A stretch of 35,790 nt of DNA from NCBI GenBank assembly GCA_008632985.1, contig QPGO01000245.1, forward strand, positions 62,001 to 97,790, read 5' to 3'. This DNA is from Psammoneis japonica (lineage: Eukaryota). Both the position numbers and the translations under genes were made by a program. Under the pieces are notes generated by a model. It worked only from the letters and a program-made list of their open reading frames with translations, did not search any database and was not told the DNA's origin. Of the stretch, positions 34,550 to 35,790 are shown piece after piece (position 1 is the first letter of the stretch; every line of letters starts with the position of its first letter).

Positions 34550-35268
34550 TCCTTGGCTGTGCCCACACGAGTGGAAGACTTGTGCTGCAGCCCCAACCAC
34601 TGCCCCCCCTCCCTGCAGGCTCAAGGCACCCTGAGACACATGTGGGCATGACTCCTGCAACCAATTTGGTGGCAACAAAGTTCCCTGAGGAGGTGCTCAG
34701 CATCTGGGGTGCCACACATGACAAAGCTGGCTGGCAATGAGAAATGATGACACTGGACTTCCATGCACCACTGCTCTTTGCCTGTGCTGGTGCTGCTCAA
34801 TGGGGGGTCACAAGATGACTCAGCAAAACTTTGCACTCTTGTCTTTGCCAGCTTTTTGACCTGGTCTTCAGGGAGCTTTCATTTTGAAACATCAAACCTG
34901 AGGACTTCACTCTCAGCATTGCCCACACTTCTGGCAACAGAACAGCACCAACAGAGTCTCTGTGCATGAACATCAGAAGGCAGCAGACCAAGTTTGTGCT
35001 GGAGGGTCTGCATGTGTCAACTCCAGCTGTGAAGGACAAGTGTTTTGTTTGCTGGCAATGAGGAGCTTGGGAGGCATTCATCTGGACAGAGTGTCAGCCC
35101 CACACCAAACCCCCCCCCCCCCCCCCCCAACACGTGTCAGACTGTGGCTCCTGCACTTCAGCTCAACCATTTGCAGACTCTGTGTTCCACATGGAGCAAT
35201 GTGTCATGGCTCCAAGATCAGAACAGGAGGTGATCACTGCTTGTCCTCGCCCGTTTCTTTGAAATGAC

Positions 35269-35400
35269 TAGAGACTACCGGGTAGGATAACTTTCTCTAC
35301 TCTATGTAGCTCTAGAGAGCTAGAGAGTTGGAGTAGCTACAGGCTAGCTCTAGCGTAGAGTTTACCGTAACTACTAGAGAAGTAGCTTTAGTATATAGAG
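35269..35400. other. TA-rich (CTAG/GTAG/CTAC) low-complexity tract at the edge of block 3
   Basis: About 23 TA dinucleotides in ~130 bp. Confidence 0.7.
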
Positions 35401-35790
35401 AGAGGATCTATCAAACAAACATACATCTCGATCGTCTGGCCAAAAGCCATGGTGAGGACTTGTCCGGTGCCGGGGCCATCACAGTTGGCTTCTTTGTCCT
35501 CCCGCCAACAGGTAAATCTGCCTTGGTGCTGCGGTCGACCGTATTACGAGCGCAAAGTTTCCACCCTCAGCAGTTGTCACCGTTTCTTCCTGCTTGTATA
35601 AGTTACAATCTCTCCCACCACAGCACAGAGTGTTGAGAAGAAGGCACAGCCGAGACTGACTTCTTCTAGTTGGACAAGTTTTTATGATGGCAGAATTTTC
35701 GCAAAACCCCATAAGCGATAGCAAAGTGACAAATAGCGTCCACTGCGTCCGTCGCAGCAGCTCCACGGAGGTCAACTTCGAGCCACTCTT

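Larger units (their letters stand above)
26600..35267. other. TpA- and CpG-depleted, TG/CA-rich decayed repeat block 3
   Basis: About 18 TA in 27300-35267 by manual count and none in 28702-30779. Mosaic of nested repeats with an abrupt right edge. Confidence 0.9.

Noticed and set aside
34532..34553. CACTG read as a mutated CACTA transposon terminus
   Set aside because: The motif faces the wrong way for CACTA termini relative to the palindrome, and no 3-bp TSD was found.
35110..35128. 19-bp poly-C run (also a GA-rich microsatellite at ~6669-6703)
   Set aside because: Simple sequence with no supporting context; homopolymer length is unreliable.
26600..35267. Classical fungal RIP as the cause of the skew
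   Set aside because: RIP depletes CpA/TpG, enriches TpA and lowers GC. The opposite dinucleotide pattern is seen here.
35479..35790. Possible 3-prime end of a minus-strand gene at the window edge
   Set aside because: Normal composition but no recognisable motif; the frame cannot be chosen without downstream sequence.

Overview
Eukaryotic nuclear DNA, most likely a diatom (inferred from a diatom-type HSF with an 88-bp GT-AG intron, paired CRAL-TRIO genes and a diatom-style LRR C-terminus). Ordinary gene islands hold two divergent CRAL-TRIO paralogues, an HSF, a frameshifted ABC-ATPase pseudogene, a 36-aa-repeat/IQ-like protein and an EF-hand-CorA transporter. They alternate with three repeat-rich blocks (~5966-11096, ~19110-23500, ~26600-35267) in which both CpG and TpA are almost erased and TpG/CpA dominate. 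CpG loss fits 5mC deamination. TpA loss is the reverse of fungal RIP and I know no described mechanism for it. It is visible as TA/CA and TA/TG differences between repeat copies and as damaged codons in an LRR pseudogene. It largely spares TTA/TAA, reaches about 200 bp beyond the CpG-depleted zone at three block edges, and has already affected a younger TIR insertion that still keeps its CpGs. This suggests a separate repeat-targeted TpA->TpG/CpA mutator and is the main candidate for a new system. The many C/H/Q-rich, Tyr-poor ORFs in these blocks are by-products of lost TAA/TAG stops. All counts are manual.
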